From the IMG/VR virus record IMGVR_UViG_2740892488_000014: a stretch of DNA of 30,859 nt, one strand, 5' to 3'. Positions 8,763 through 18,543 of the stretch are shown here, one piece after another; positions within the stretch are counted from its first letter, which is position 1; every line of letters starts with the position of its first letter. The translations under genes and the position numbers were made by a program. The DNA is from a virus (lineage: Duplodnaviria; Heunggongvirae; Uroviricota; Caudoviricetes). The notes beneath the pieces were generated by a model, which saw only the letters and a program-made list of their open reading frames with translations, was not told where the DNA came from and did not search any database.

Positions 8763-9433
8763 TGAGTAACGAGTATTTATTGGAATATACCCGCATAAAA
8801 CTGCGCGCTGCATTGCGGGATTTGTCTGGTGGTTCTAAGGGGCAACTGGAAGCATTGTGTGAGCACCCACCGGCAGACAAAAACGCATACCCACGCAAAC
8901 ATATTCACCGTGTGCAGCTGGAGGACCGGACCGTTGATGCTCTGGTTACGCCAGTTTACGCTCTGGAAAGTTTCAGCAGACGTCGCCCCGCGCCGCCGAT
9001 GAGTGATTTTGAATTTGCTGATTCATCCTGGCGGCGTTCTGTGAACTCGCTGGATGCAAGTCAGCAAGCGTGGTTGCGTTATTGCTACGGTGGTAACCTG
9101 GCATTCAAACACCAAACAGCTATTTGTGAGGCTGTCTGGAGTCGCTATAAAGGAAACATCCCCGCGTCAACTCAGAGAAAAGTAGTTAAGCGCCTGCTTT
9201 CGTTGGTGTGGTTGTCCGTGCAGGCGGTCGCAGCAGCAAATAAACGCGAGGATTTTAAGGAGATGGCCGGATCTACCCTAGCAGGAATGCTGTCGGTTTC
9301 TCGTTCCACCTGGTGCGAAACATACTCCCTGCACTGGGTAGGAATGAAAGAGGCGGTGAGAGCACTTGATGAAGTGGCACTTCTTGCAACTTTGCATCAT
9401 TATCAGAACCATTTAGACGACGTTTGCGTATAA
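8762..9433 (+). CDS. Phage late-gene antitermination protein Q (Phage_antitermQ family), 223 aa
   Basis: Size, position (last nin-region gene before the lysis genes) and sequence features of the antiterminator-Q family, with a PR'/tR'-like promoter region downstream. Confidence 0.8.
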   Translation: MSNEYLLEYTRIKLRAALRDLSGGSKGQLEALCEHPPADKNAYPRKHIHRVQLEDRTVDALVTPVYALESFSRRRPAPPMSDFEFADSSWRRSVNSLDASQQAWLRYCYGGNLAFKHQTAICEAVWSRYKGNIPASTQRKVVKRLLSLVWLSVQAVAAANKREDFKEMAGSTLAGMLSVSRSTWCETYSLHWVGMKEAVRALDEVALLATLHHYQNHLDDVCV

Positions 9434-9436
9434 TGC

Positions 9437-9500
9437 TTGCAAAAACGAACAAAATAGGCCATATTTGACGCTAATTTGGTATGTTGCCAAATTTCTAAGA
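9437..9500 (+). promoter_or_regulatory. Candidate late promoter PR' with qut region (TTGACG-17-CAAATT or TTGCAA-17-CATATT)
   Basis: The -35/-10 arrangement resembles lambda PR' (TTGACT-17-TAAATT), placed between Q and a hairpin and upstream of the lysis genes. Confidence 0.4.
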
Positions 9501-9501
9501 A

Positions 9502-9526
9502 CCTCGCCACGGCGGGGTTTTGTCGT
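9502..9526 (+). terminator. tR'-like intrinsic terminator (CCTCGCC-ac-GGCGGGG followed by TTTTGTCGTTT)
   Basis: GC stem plus U-tract about 10-40 nt downstream of the candidate PR'. This is the classic Q-modifiable terminator position. Confidence 0.55.
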
Positions 9527-9545
9527 TTCTGAATCAGGAAAAATC

Positions 9546-9929
9546 ATGTCTGAACCTCTAACCGCTGGCGTTGCTGCTGGCTCGGCGGGGGTGACGTTTG
9601 CTGCGTTATTTCCTGAGGCAACACCTGCAGTGATGATCTGTGCGCTGGCAGGCGCAGCTCTCTATGTGTTGTCGTCCGGGCAGCATCGATTCTGGAAGCA
9701 GGTTATTTTCGCACTCATTTCGTTTGTTGGCGGTGTGTATTGCGCTGAGACAGCGTCAGCCATCATTACCGGTATTCTGAACGCGGTGCTGAGTCACCTG
9801 AACCCTCCCGTAACAGTAAAAGTCTCTCCCGCCATTGGTGCACTGGTTGCATCAGTAATCAGCGTTACATCACTGTTGCGGATCATGTCACAAGCTCGTT
9901 TATGGAAATCAGATAAGGGGATGAAATAA
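9546..9929 (+). CDS. Holin (multi-TM small membrane protein, 127 aa)
   Basis: First gene after PR'/tR', three hydrophobic segments, SD AGGAAA; the track ORF starts at 9465. Confidence 0.7.
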   Translation: MSEPLTAGVAAGSAGVTFAALFPEATPAVMICALAGAALYVLSSGQHRFWKQVIFALISFVGGVYCAETASAIITGILNAVLSHLNPPVTVKVSPAIGALVASVISVTSLLRIMSQARLWKSDKGMK

Positions 9930-10189
9930 TGACCCTGCACTCTGTCCTCATCAATGCCAATGCAATTATTTGTCTGATGTTGGCACTACGGTTGATGTTT
10001 TTTCAAAAAACAGGCCGCTATCGTTTTTTTCATCTCACTAACTGCTTACCTCGCGATTCTGTCTGCTGCGTGGATAGCCCTACGAATTTTTTTACGGGAA
10101 ATATACGCAGGTTGATCCCGCAGAGTTCTTTCTCAACCTCACCATCTGTATTGCTGTCTGGCGGGCACGAGGGAATATTTCAAAAATAA
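9929..10189 (+). CDS. Small membrane protein, possibly a second holin or antiholin; likely frameshifted at a T7 run. With T6 it would be 61 aa ending at ~10115 with two TM helices
   Basis: ATGA overlap with the holin gene. The N-terminal TM is VLINANAIICLMLALRLMFF. Removing one T at ~10024-10030 continues ...GRYRFFISLTAYLAILSAAWIALRIFLREIYAG*. Confidence 0.45.
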   Translation: MTLHSVLINANAIICLMLALRLMFFQKTGRYRFFHLTNCLPRDSVCCVDSPTNFFTGNIRRLIPQSSFSTSPSVLLSGGHEGIFQK

Positions 10190-10202
10190 CAGGAGACAGG
10201 TA

Positions 10203-10682
10203 ATGACGGATCCTAAATGGCTAATCGAGGCTCGAAAAAACCTCGGCATTCGGGAAATGAAAGGGAAGCAACATGCTGCAGAAATTGTGCAGTACTGGAA
10301 AGATATCAAACGCGGCGGCATTAAGGATGACGAAACACCGTGGTGCGCTGCTTTCACCGGGGCAATGCTGGAACGTGCGGGTATTCGCTCAACGCGTTTT
10401 GAGTCTGCGAATTCTTATCTCGATTGGGGTAATGAACTGAAGGAACCCGCCTATGGATGCATTGCTATTCTGTCTCGGTCTGGCGGTGGTCACGTCGGCT
10501 TTGTTGTCGGGAAAAATGCCGCCGGGGATTTAATGATTTTGGGGGGCAACCAGGCAGATGAAGTAAATATCAAAGCTTTTCCTCGTTCCCGCGTAACAGG
10601 CTACCGCTGGCCAGCAGGTCAAACGGATGTTCCACAATCACTTCCATTGGTGAATGCTGAGAAATCTATCTCAGAAGCGTAG
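10203..10682 (+). CDS. Phage endolysin of the TIGR02594-type (NlpC/P60/CHAP-like) family, 159 aa
   Basis: Position after the holin genes; conserved ...GIREMKGKQHAAEIVQYW...DDETPWCAAF...GGHVGFVV... pattern typical of Gifsy/lambdoid-prophage endolysins. Confidence 0.7.
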   Translation: MTDPKWLIEARKNLGIREMKGKQHAAEIVQYWKDIKRGGIKDDETPWCAAFTGAMLERAGIRSTRFESANSYLDWGNELKEPAYGCIAILSRSGGGHVGFVVGKNAAGDLMILGGNQADEVNIKAFPRSRVTGYRWPAGQTDVPQSLPLVNAEKSISEA

Positions 10683-10689
10683 GTAAAAC

Positions 10690-10884
10690 GTGAAAAAACT
10701 TCTCTTAGCTGTCGCGTTCTTCACGCTGGCAGGCTGCACACATTCGACATACACCGAAGCGACTCGCGCTGACGGCAGCAGTATTAAACACGTGATGATC
10801 GCGCCGGGTACGAAGATTACTACTGCGAACGGTGGTTGTATTGATTCAACCGGGGCAGAGGCTTCATGCCTTGGTGGAAAATAG
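10690..10884 (+). CDS. Small lipoprotein (64 aa; signal peptide plus lipobox LAGC); candidate spanin component (o-spanin/Rz1-like) or lysis-associated lipoprotein
   Basis: MKKLLLAVAFFTLAGC... directly after the endolysin. No partner i-spanin ORF is evident. Confidence 0.55.
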   Translation: MKKLLLAVAFFTLAGCTHSTYTEATRADGSSIKHVMIAPGTKITTANGGCIDSTGAEASCLGGK

Positions 10885-10904
10885 GGTAATTTACTTTAAC
10901 GAGA

Positions 10905-10929
10905 GGCCGCCTTTTTGTTTTAAGGCGGC
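10905..10929. terminator. Hairpin GGCCGCCTT-tttgtttt-AAGGCGGC between the convergent lipoprotein and moron genes; candidate bidirectional terminator
   Basis: 8-9 bp GC-rich stem with a T-rich loop. Confidence 0.45.
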
Positions 10930-10943
10930 ACACATTCAACAGA

Positions 10944-11204
10944 TTAAGGTAACTGATTTGACCATTTTGTTGCGCGCCAGTTGTTCTGAACCATAATCTT
11001 CTGAAGTATCTCATCTGAAGGCTCTGCTTCGCCGCTTAGCCATTCTCTTAAAGTTGAACAATTTAGATAAGAGGAGTTCGCACGATAAAAAGATACGATG
11101 GCGTCCTCTGATAACTTCTCAGGAAACTTTTTTGGGTCAGCTTCTTTTAATATTACGCTCATTAAGGCTTCAATTTTTTCTCTGTTCATTTTTTGCGTTC
11201 TCAT
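10944..11204 (-). CDS. Hypothetical protein (81-86 aa) encoded antisense to the late operon in an AT-rich segment; a moron-like insertion
   Basis: The only plausible ORF in the AT-rich 10.93-11.33 kb segment between the lysis and packaging genes. No family recognised. Confidence 0.4.
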   Translation of the reverse strand: MRTQKMNREKIEALMSVILKEADPKKFPEKLSEDAIVSFYRANSSYLNCSTLREWLSGEAEPSDEILQKIMVQNNWRATKWSNQLP

Positions 11205-11557
11205 GGTTGTTGTTTTTCTGTAATGATATCAATAAGTTCAAGATATATACATATATGGAAAACTTGTTCGGTAGTCTATCGATACAGCACAAAAGGATGG
11301 CTCGCTGCCAAAGTGAAAGCTTACGCTGATAATCAGATACACAAAGCTGATGTATGCAAACAAGTACGCCGCGAGGCTACAGTTGAGTTTGATGAACCTG
11401 ATGCGAGCCCCTAATTCCTGTCCTGAAAGGGAGATAGCCCCCTGGTCGCGGGTCCTTTCCGAAATCCAAAACACCGAGGGTCGGTAGACGCGCAAAAACT
11501 CGCTCGTTTTTAGTATTTTTTCATTTTGGGTATTTCCGGTTCCGGTGAGGATTTTTA

Positions 11558-12124
11558 ATGGCAAGTCAGGCTGAGGTTGCAGCACATTTACTGCTATCTG
11601 ATCGTCGTCTGCGCGATCTCGCAAAACTTCCGGGAGCACCAGTCCCACAAGGACGTGGTGATTGGGAGCTAGACGCATGGCGCCATTTTTATATTCGTTA
11701 TCTCCGGAGCAATAGACGCGACACAACTAGTAATGACGAACCGGAAGCGGGGGACAATTCTCCCGAAAAAAATCGCGAGCAGTGGCTGAAAAATGAGGAA
11801 CGACAGGAGCGAATCCTGATGGCACGAGTAAAACGCCGCATTCTCGCTAAACGCTACGCGCCAATTGAATTAATTAGCGTCGCTGTATCTCGCGTCGCCG
11901 TTGAATTACGTACCCGCGTCGAGTCGTGGCCACCACGCCTGAAAAAGGTCTGGCCGGAGATGCCGCAAGAGGCGAGCAGTGTATTACGAGAGGAGCTGGC
12001 GATAGCCTTAAATGAGTTGTCAGACATACGAATCGACTTCAGCGATTACGATGTCAGCGATATCGAACGCGATCTCGACAGGGTTGAATCCCTTGCGCGT
12101 GACGATACCGATGACGGGTGTTGA
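11558..12124 (+). CDS. Putative terminase small subunit, 188 aa
   Basis: Position immediately upstream of, and overlapping, the gpA-like large terminase. It has a basic N-terminus and an acidic C-terminus. Functional call is by synteny. Confidence 0.6.
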   Translation: MASQAEVAAHLLLSDRRLRDLAKLPGAPVPQGRGDWELDAWRHFYIRYLRSNRRDTTSNDEPEAGDNSPEKNREQWLKNEERQERILMARVKRRILAKRYAPIELISVAVSRVAVELRTRVESWPPRLKKVWPEMPQEASSVLREELAIALNELSDIRIDFSDYDVSDIERDLDRVESLARDDTDDGC

Positions 12125-13974
12125 GTGGGCTGATAAATATTTTTATCTCCCTGAGGGCTCCAGCCACATCGCTGGGCACTGGACGACTCAGCCGGTCCAG
12201 GTAGTGATGCTCAATATGATGACGAACGACGCGATAAAAATCGTGTCTGTTCGCAAATCAGCTCGTCTCGGTTATACAAAAATACTCGTCGCGGCGCTGC
12301 TCTATTTCGCTGAGCACAAAAAACGTAGTGCCGTGGTCTATCAGCCTATCGATGACGAATCGGATGGATTTGTCGCCGACGAGGTTGACCCCGCTATCGC
12401 CGAAATGCCAGTGATTCAGAAAATTTTCCCCGACTGGGATAAAAGCAACGAGCGTAACAATCTCCAGCGTAAAGAAATGAGCGGCGCGATTCTTGATTTT
12501 CGCGGCGCGAGTGCACCAGGAAATTTCCGGCGACTAACGAAACAGGTTGTCGAGGGTGACGAAGTTGACGGCTGGCCGCTGGAAGTTGCCAAAAAAGGCA
12601 AAGGCGAGGGCTCGCCCATCGAACTGGCGCTCGTTCGAATTAAAGGGGCAGCGTACCCGAAGGCGATTTTTGGTTCGACGCCGACCGTTACCGGCAAAAG
12701 TCATATCGAAATGCTCGAAGACGCTGCCGATCTGACGTTTCGTTTTTACCTGACATGTCCGCATTGTGGCGAGGAGCAGGTCCTGGTATTTGGTTTCGAC
12801 GGTATCGAATACGGCCTCAAATGGGATAACAGCCTGCAGACCAATGAGGCGAAATCGTCGTCCGCGTATTACCAGTGCTGCCACTGCCCGGAACATTTTT
12901 TACTATCGCGATCTCGAAAAAATGGAGTTCGGGGGGCGCTGGATAGCCGAGGACTGCACCTGGACCCGAGACGGCATTCATTTTTTTGATCATGACGGTG
13001 GCGTCGTTCGCGCGCCGAAACACGCTGCGATCGTGATAAACGCCCTGTATTCACTAAACCTCGATGGATGGGGCGAGATTGTCAGCGAGTGGCTGAAAGC
13101 GAAAGGCGACCCGCTCAAGGAAAAGACGTTTCATAACACGACGCTCGGCGAACTCTGGAGCGACGTGGCCAGCGAGCAGCTGGAGCACGATATTCTGGTT
13201 AATCGCCGGGAAAAATACGCCAGCCAGGTTCCTGACGGTGTTGTTTATATAACCGGCGGCATCGACTCTCAGACGTCCGGGCGCTACGAGTGTTATGTGT
13301 GGGGCTGGGGAGCCGAGGAGGAGTGCTGGCTGATTGATAAAACAATCGTCCTCGGTCGCTACGACGAGGAGGACACGCTGCAGCGCGTCGACGGAGTGAT
13401 TCGCAAACAATACCGGCGCAGCGACGGGACCACAATCGGCGTCAGTCGCTGGGCGTGGGATACCGGTGGTATAGATGCGCAGGTCGTTTATAACCGCTCG
13501 CTGAAACTCGGTCCGCTGTGGGTCATTCCAATCAAGGGCGCGAGCTCATACGGCCAGCCGGTCGTAAATATGCCTCGTACCCGTAACGCGAATAAAGTGT
13601 ATTTGTCGTTGATTGGGACAGATACAGCGAAAGACCTGCTCGCAATGCGCCTGCAGCTGGAACCCGACTCCAAATCGGCGACACCAGGTGCGATTCATTT
13701 TCCCAACGACGACGAAATATTCAGCACGACAGAGGCAAAACAGCTCGTCTCCGAGGTTCTGATCCCGAAACTCATTAACGGTCGCGTCGTTTATCGTTGG
13801 GACAACCAGGGCCGGCGAAATGAGGCGCTCGACTGCTGGGTGTACGGACTGGCAGCGCTGCGTATCAGTAAAATTCGTTTCCAGCTCAATCTCGAGACGC
13901 TCGCTGAGCAACGGAAAAAATCACAAAACAAACTGTCTCTCGAGGAGATGGCCAGAATGCTCGGAGGGAGCTAA
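12012..13974 (+). CDS. Terminase large subunit, lambda gpA-like; frameshifted in this sequence at a T6 run (~12896-12901)
   Basis: ORFs 12012..12989 and 12766..13974 are collinear with lambda gpA (...VEWAD.YYLP...KSAR.GY.K...CPHCGEEQ...TRDGI...NTTLGE.W...GIDSQ...YE..VWGWG...IPIKGAS.YG.PV...GTDTAK...RNEALDC.VY.LAALRIS). The junction ...PEHF|YYRDLEKMEF... needs T6 read as T5. The true start may be the internal ATG near 12051. Confidence 0.9.
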
Positions 13975-14207
13975 TGACGTCGCGCGAGGTTTTAACAGAA
14001 CGACTGCTGGAAGCGGAAATCGCTCTGCACAAATTATTAACGGGTAAATCGACCGTGTCGCTGTCTCACGGCGATTCAGCAGGAAATAACCGGAGCTATC
14101 AATACTCGCAGGCGAGTATTGAGCAGCTCCGAACGTACATTATCGAGCTGAAATCACAGCTCGGTCTGAGTACGGGACGCCGTCGGCCCGTGGGAGTTCG
14201 ATTATGA
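13974..14207 (+). CDS. Head-tail joining protein, lambda gpW-like, 77 aa
   Basis: Collinear with lambda W (...ALH.L.TGK....S.GD.......S...L..YI.EL..Q.G....RR.P.G...); ATGA overlaps with neighbours. Confidence 0.8.
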   Translation: MTSREVLTERLLEAEIALHKLLTGKSTVSLSHGDSAGNNRSYQYSQASIEQLRTYIIELKSQLGLSTGRRRPVGVRL

Positions 14208-15778
14208 CTGCTCCGCAGCAGCTGCTCGGGCCTGACGGTAAAACGCCACTACGCCGTTACGCGGGGTATAACGGCGGCGGTCCCGGTTTCGGTGGCCAGC
14301 TGATTGACTGGAACGCACCACAGCAGAGCGCCGACGCAGCACTGTTGCCGAATTTTTATCGCGGTAACGCGCGAGCAGACGATCTCGTTCGCAATAACGG
14401 CGTCGCGTCGAACGCCGTGCAGCTGCACCAGGATCATATCGTCGGCAATCTGTTTAAGTTGAGTTATCGCCCTAACTGGCGTTACCTCGGCATATCTCGC
14501 GAGGACGCCAGGGCGCTGGCGCGTGACGTCGAGGTAGCGTGGACTGAATACGCCGAGGACCCTCACTGCACGATTGATATCGAGCGGAAACGGACGTTCA
14601 CAATGATGATCCGCGAGGGCGTGGCTACTCACGCTTTCAACGGTGAAACCTGCGTACAACCAGTCTGGGAGAGTAGTGCCGGCAGCGTTTTTCGGACGCG
14701 ATTCAAAATGGTCTCACCGAAACGGATTCGAAATCCGGGTTACGCAGCTGACACTCAATTTCGCCGCGCCGGTGTTGATATCGATAAAAACGGGGCCGCG
14801 GTCGGGTACTGGATAGCCGAGGATACTTACCCTCTCGGCGGAGTCGGTAAATGCCGGCGTATCCCAGCACAGCTCAGCAGCGGCAGACACGCATTCATCC
14901 ACATATTCGAGCCGCTCGAGGACGGACAGACCCGCGGGGACAATATTTTTTACAGCGTCATGGAGCGCCTGAAAATGCTCGACACACTGCAGCAAACACA
15001 ACTGCAGAGCGCCATTGTGAAGGCGATGTATGCCGCGACAATCGAATCAGAGCTCGACAGCCAGCAGGCGTTTGAATATATCGCCGGCGCGGGTACTGAT
15101 ATCGACTCGAACCCGCTGAATTCGTTTATTCAGAGTTACGTGACGTACTACAACGGCGCAAATATCAAGCTCGGTGGTGTGAAAGTTCCCCACCTGCATC
15201 CCGGCGACAAACTCAGTTTACAGACCGCTCAGAATGCTGATGCTGGTTTTAGTTCACTGGAAAAATCACTCCTGCGTTACGTTGCAGCTGGCGTTGGCGC
15301 GTCATACGAAGAACTTAGCCGGGACTACAGCCAGGTCAGTTACTCCAGCGCCCGGGCCAGTGCTAACGTCAGCTGGCGATTTTTCATGGGGCGTCGACGT
15401 TTTATCGCCGCGCGACAGGCGTCGCTGATGTTCTGCTGCTGGTTTGAAGAGGCGCTGGCACGCGGAATTATCACCCTGCCACGCTCAGCTGTCCGGTCGT
15501 TTTATGAGGCGCGGAACTCCTGGACGAACGCGCTCTGGATCGGCGCTGGTCGCATGGCGATTGATGGGCTGAAAGAGGTTCAGGAGAGCGCCATGCGCAT
15601 CACAACTGGCCTCAGCACGTATCAGAACGAACTGGCGCTGCAGGGACAGGATTACGAGGAGGTTATGGAGCAGCAGGAATACGAAATTCAGCGCCGGCGT
15701 GAAATGGGGCTGAGCGAACCGTCATGGTCTGTATCTCACCCCTCAAATACCAACGATAACGGCTGGGGAGGTAACTGA
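14204..15778 (+). CDS. Portal protein, lambda gpB-like, 524 aa
   Basis: Strong collinearity with lambda B (YNGGG.GFGGQ...QSADAALLP...GNARADDLVRNNG...YRPNWR.LG...FYSVMERLKMLD.LQ.TQLQSAIVKAMYAATIESELD...GAGRMAIDGLKEVQES.MRI..GLSTY..ELAL.G.DY). Confidence 0.95.
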   Translation: MTAPQQLLGPDGKTPLRRYAGYNGGGPGFGGQLIDWNAPQQSADAALLPNFYRGNARADDLVRNNGVASNAVQLHQDHIVGNLFKLSYRPNWRYLGISREDARALARDVEVAWTEYAEDPHCTIDIERKRTFTMMIREGVATHAFNGETCVQPVWESSAGSVFRTRFKMVSPKRIRNPGYAADTQFRRAGVDIDKNGAAVGYWIAEDTYPLGGVGKCRRIPAQLSSGRHAFIHIFEPLEDGQTRGDNIFYSVMERLKMLDTLQQTQLQSAIVKAMYAATIESELDSQQAFEYIAGAGTDIDSNPLNSFIQSYVTYYNGANIKLGGVKVPHLHPGDKLSLQTAQNADAGFSSLEKSLLRYVAAGVGASYEELSRDYSQVSYSSARASANVSWRFFMGRRRFIAARQASLMFCCWFEEALARGIITLPRSAVRSFYEARNSWTNALWIGAGRMAIDGLKEVQESAMRITTGLSTYQNELALQGQDYEEVMEQQEYEIQRRREMGLSEPSWSVSHPSNTNDNGWGGN

Positions 15779-17086
15779 TGCCGTGGAACAATTTTCCGCA
15801 CCTCGCCGCCAGGGCGTTCAATCAACCGCTTTTGCTGGAGCCCACCTACGCGCGGGTATTTTTTTTCGGCGCTGAGCGACCGGTTCGGTACCGGGCGACT
15901 GATTGATACAGCGTCTGGAGAGGTAATGAACAGCGACGAAATGAACGCGCTCGCGATGGGGTGGGACAGCAGCGAGCGAACACGCCAGAAATCGTATCGC
16001 GTGGAGCGTGGTATAGCCGTTCTGCCGGTTACCGGGACGCTGGTTCATAAATTGGGTTATATCAACCCAGTTAGCGGGATGAGCGGTTACAACGGAATCG
16101 CAAAACGCCTGCAGCAGGCGATTTCTGATCCCGATGTAAGAGGGGTCCTGCTTGATATTGACTCCCCTGGCGGTGAAGTCGCCGGCGCGTTTGATACTGC
16201 TGATTTAATCGCCCGGGCGCGAGAGCAAAAACCTGTGTGGGCGCTGGCCAGCGATACGGCCTGCAGCGCTGCCTATTTGCTGGCGTCAGCGTGTTCGCGC
16301 CGGCTGATAACGCAGACAGGCACAGTTGGTTCAATCGGTGTCCTGATGGCTCACCGCTGCGTCGAAAAAGCGCTGGAGATTGCTGGCGTCGACGTGACGC
16401 TGATTTACGCCGGCGCGCACAAAGTTGACGGGAACCCGTATTCCCAGCTGCCAGGCGACGTTCGCGACGAATTCCAGCTGAGTATTAACAGCACGCGCGA
16501 GCAGTTCGCGCAAAAAGTCTCGGATTATACCGGGCTGAAAAAATCCAGGGTGCTGGCCACGGAAGCTGCAGTATTTATCGGCGCGGACGCGATTAAATCT
16601 GGTCTCGCTGATCAACTCGTTAATTACGCGGACGCTATCGCAGTGATGGCCGACGCACTGAAACCAAAAATGGAGCGCTTTATGTCTGGTACAGAAACCA
16701 CGGCGGAGACCACGACCACAGAACAAACCGCGACCACGACTACTGTCGCGCAGGTTGAGTTTAACACGGAGCAGATTCGCGCGGACGCCGCATCAAGCGA
16801 ACTGGCGCGTGTGATGGCCATCATCAATTGTCCCGAAGCTGTTGGGCGCGAGGCGCAGGCAAAAGCGCTCGCTGGCGTCCCCGGGATGACGGTCGGGCAG
16901 GCGCAGGTAGTCCTCGCTGCAGCACCTAAAACGGCGCAGGCGCGGACAGAAACGGCGCTCGATACACTAATGAGCACTGAATCACCAGCGACTATTCAGG
17001 ATGCTGGCAGTACTACGGCAACAGGAACAACCGCAAACGTCTCGATGCTGGTTGCTGCAGGGCGTTCAATTTTAGGGGATGAATAA
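15778..17086 (+). CDS. Head maturation protease/scaffold, lambda gpC-like (S49/ClpP-like; Nu3-like scaffold nested in the C-terminus); frameshifted at a T8 run (~15859-15866)
   Basis: The ATG at 15778 overlaps the portal stop. The first 27 codons match lambda C (..PH.A..AFN.PL.LEP.YARVFF), then the frame is lost. ORF 15926..17086 continues the gpC homology (...LPV.GTLV...GYNGI..RLQQA.SDP.V.G.LLD.D.PGG...SIGV.MAH...GNPYS.LP.DVR...). T8 read as T7 gives ...ARVFFSALSDRFG... Confidence 0.9.
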
Positions 17087-17415
17087 TGACTACAGAAACG
17101 TATAGCCCGGACGATTTTATTCTTGGGCCTGACCTTGTTGTCACGACCGTCGGTCATTTTCAGGGCGGGATCAACGTACCCCGGCTGACACCGATTATGC
17201 TCGACGCTACTGTCGGGACGTTTAAGGTTTGGGACGGCTCAGTCGGTAAAGCTATTGGCCTCACTGCCACCGCAGTTAATACTGGCTCCAGTTCTGCAGA
17301 CTGCTCGTACTATAAATCAGGCTCGTTCCGTTACACGGCGATTAACTGGGGTACGGTTACCGACGTAGCTAAACGCAAATCAGCATTTGCGGGTACGCCG
17401 ATCAGCGTCGGCTGA
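17086..17415 (+). CDS. Head decoration protein, lambda gpD-like, 109 aa
   Basis: Collinear with lambda D (...P.MLD.....L..WDG.......L.A....S....FYKSG.FRY....W......KR.AFAGT.IS..). Confidence 0.85.
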   Translation: MTTETYSPDDFILGPDLVVTTVGHFQGGINVPRLTPIMLDATVGTFKVWDGSVGKAIGLTATAVNTGSSSADCSYYKSGSFRYTAINWGTVTDVAKRKSAFAGTPISVG

Positions 17416-17434
17416 TAGCAAAAAACTCAAAACA

Positions 17435-17457
17435 AGCCGCCTCCGGGCGGTTTTTTT
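17435..17457 (+). terminator. Intrinsic terminator-like hairpin (GCCGCC-tccg-GGCGG followed by T7) between the decoration and capsid genes
   Basis: GC stem followed by TTTTTTT. It probably works as a partial terminator or RNA 3' stabiliser, since capsid genes lie downstream. Confidence 0.55.
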
Positions 17458-17473
17458 ATAACAGGATATATAA

Positions 17474-18509
17474 ATGAGCGATTCGTTTACTACGTCAGAA
17501 CTGATTACCGCGACACAGCAGGTATTTAAGTTCAATCCGTTGTTTTTAAAGCTGTTTTTCCGTGAGACCTACACGTTTACGAGCGAAGAGGTTTTTCTGG
17601 ATAAAATCCCGGGAAAAGTGAACATGGCCGTGTACTGCGCGCCGATGATCACCGGCAAAGTTGACCGCACTCGCGGCTATTCAACGAACCATTTCAAACC
17701 GGGTTACACGAAACCCAAGCACACGATCAATCCGAATATGAGCATCAAGCGCGCAGCCGGTGAGCAGATTGGCCAGCCGGAAACGCCGGTCGAACGTCGT
17801 GCAAAAATCATCATGCAGAACCTGCTTGATGAGGAACTGAGCATCAGCCAGCTCGAAGAGTTCCAGGCGGTACAGGCTGTTCTGTACGGTAAATACACTG
17901 TTTCCGGCAGCAATATCGAGACCTATGAGATCGACATGAGCCGCAGCGCGACGAATAACGTCACTCAGTCCGGTTCGACAGCCTGGTCGACTCAGGACGC
18001 GGAAACGTATGACCCGAGCGACGATATTGAATCCTACGCGGACCTCGCCTCCGGTGCGGTTAACGTGATCATCATGGATGGTAAAGCCTGGAAGCAGTTG
18101 AAGCGTTTTAAAAAATTCTGGACGGCACTGGATACGCGCCGTGGCTCAAACAGCCAGCTCGAGGTCGCGCTGAAAAACCTGGGCGACGTTGTCAGCTTTA
18201 AAGGCTACTACGGCGACACTGCGCTGTTTGTCTACAAAGGGCAATACCTCGACCCGGTAACAGACACTGAAACGCGTTATATGCCGGATAACACGATGAT
18301 CCTTGGCAACACAAAAAAACCGCGGGCTCCGCACTTATGGCGCAATTCAGGACGAAGACGCGCTGAAAGAGGGTATTTCCGAAGCGACGCGCTATCCAAA
18401 AGTCTGGACCACTACCGGTGATCCGGCAGTGACGCAAACAATGACGCAATCCGCGCCAGCAATGGTCCTCACGGACGCCGACGCGTTCGTTGTCGTAAAA
18501 ATCGCGTAA
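17474..18509 (+). CDS. Major capsid protein, lambda gpE-like; frameshifted at an A7 run (~18313-18319)
   Basis: ORF 17474..18421 matches lambda E from the N-terminus (...FKF.PLFL.LFFRE.Y.F...V.L..IPG.VNMA.Y..P...PGY.KPKH..NP.M...). ORF 18303..18509 continues it (...RGLRTYG.IQD.DA..EGI....RYPK.W.TTGDPA...). A7 read as A6 joins them. Confidence 0.9.
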
Positions 18510-18543
18510 GAGTCGAAAGGCTCTTTTTTGTTAAGGAATCAAC

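Noticed and set aside
11238-11726. 162-aa minus-strand ORF
   Set aside because: It overlaps the terS start region and is low-complexity and hydrophobic in odd places. It has no start context and is most likely spurious
12893-12901. Programmed ribosomal frameshifting as an explanation for the TerL, capsid and sheath frame breaks
   Set aside because: These proteins are not known to use programmed frameshifts. The breaks sit in simple homopolymers without slippery-heptamer or structure context, and the same pattern hits ten unrelated genes
16680-16760. Thr/Glu/Ala-rich low-complexity stretch (TETTAETTTTEQTATTTT)
   Set aside because: It is a linker between the protease and scaffold (Nu3-like) parts of gpC, not a separate repeat element
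12416-16977. Several 60-136 aa minus-strand ORFs (12416..12697, 12534..12896, 12817..13023, 13054..13410, 13546..13911, 14249..14659, 14714..15001, 16071..16334, 16331..16726, 16624..16977)
   Set aside because: They lie antisense inside strongly supported terminase, portal and protease genes in high-GC DNA, where long spurious antisense frames are expected. They have no SD or homology
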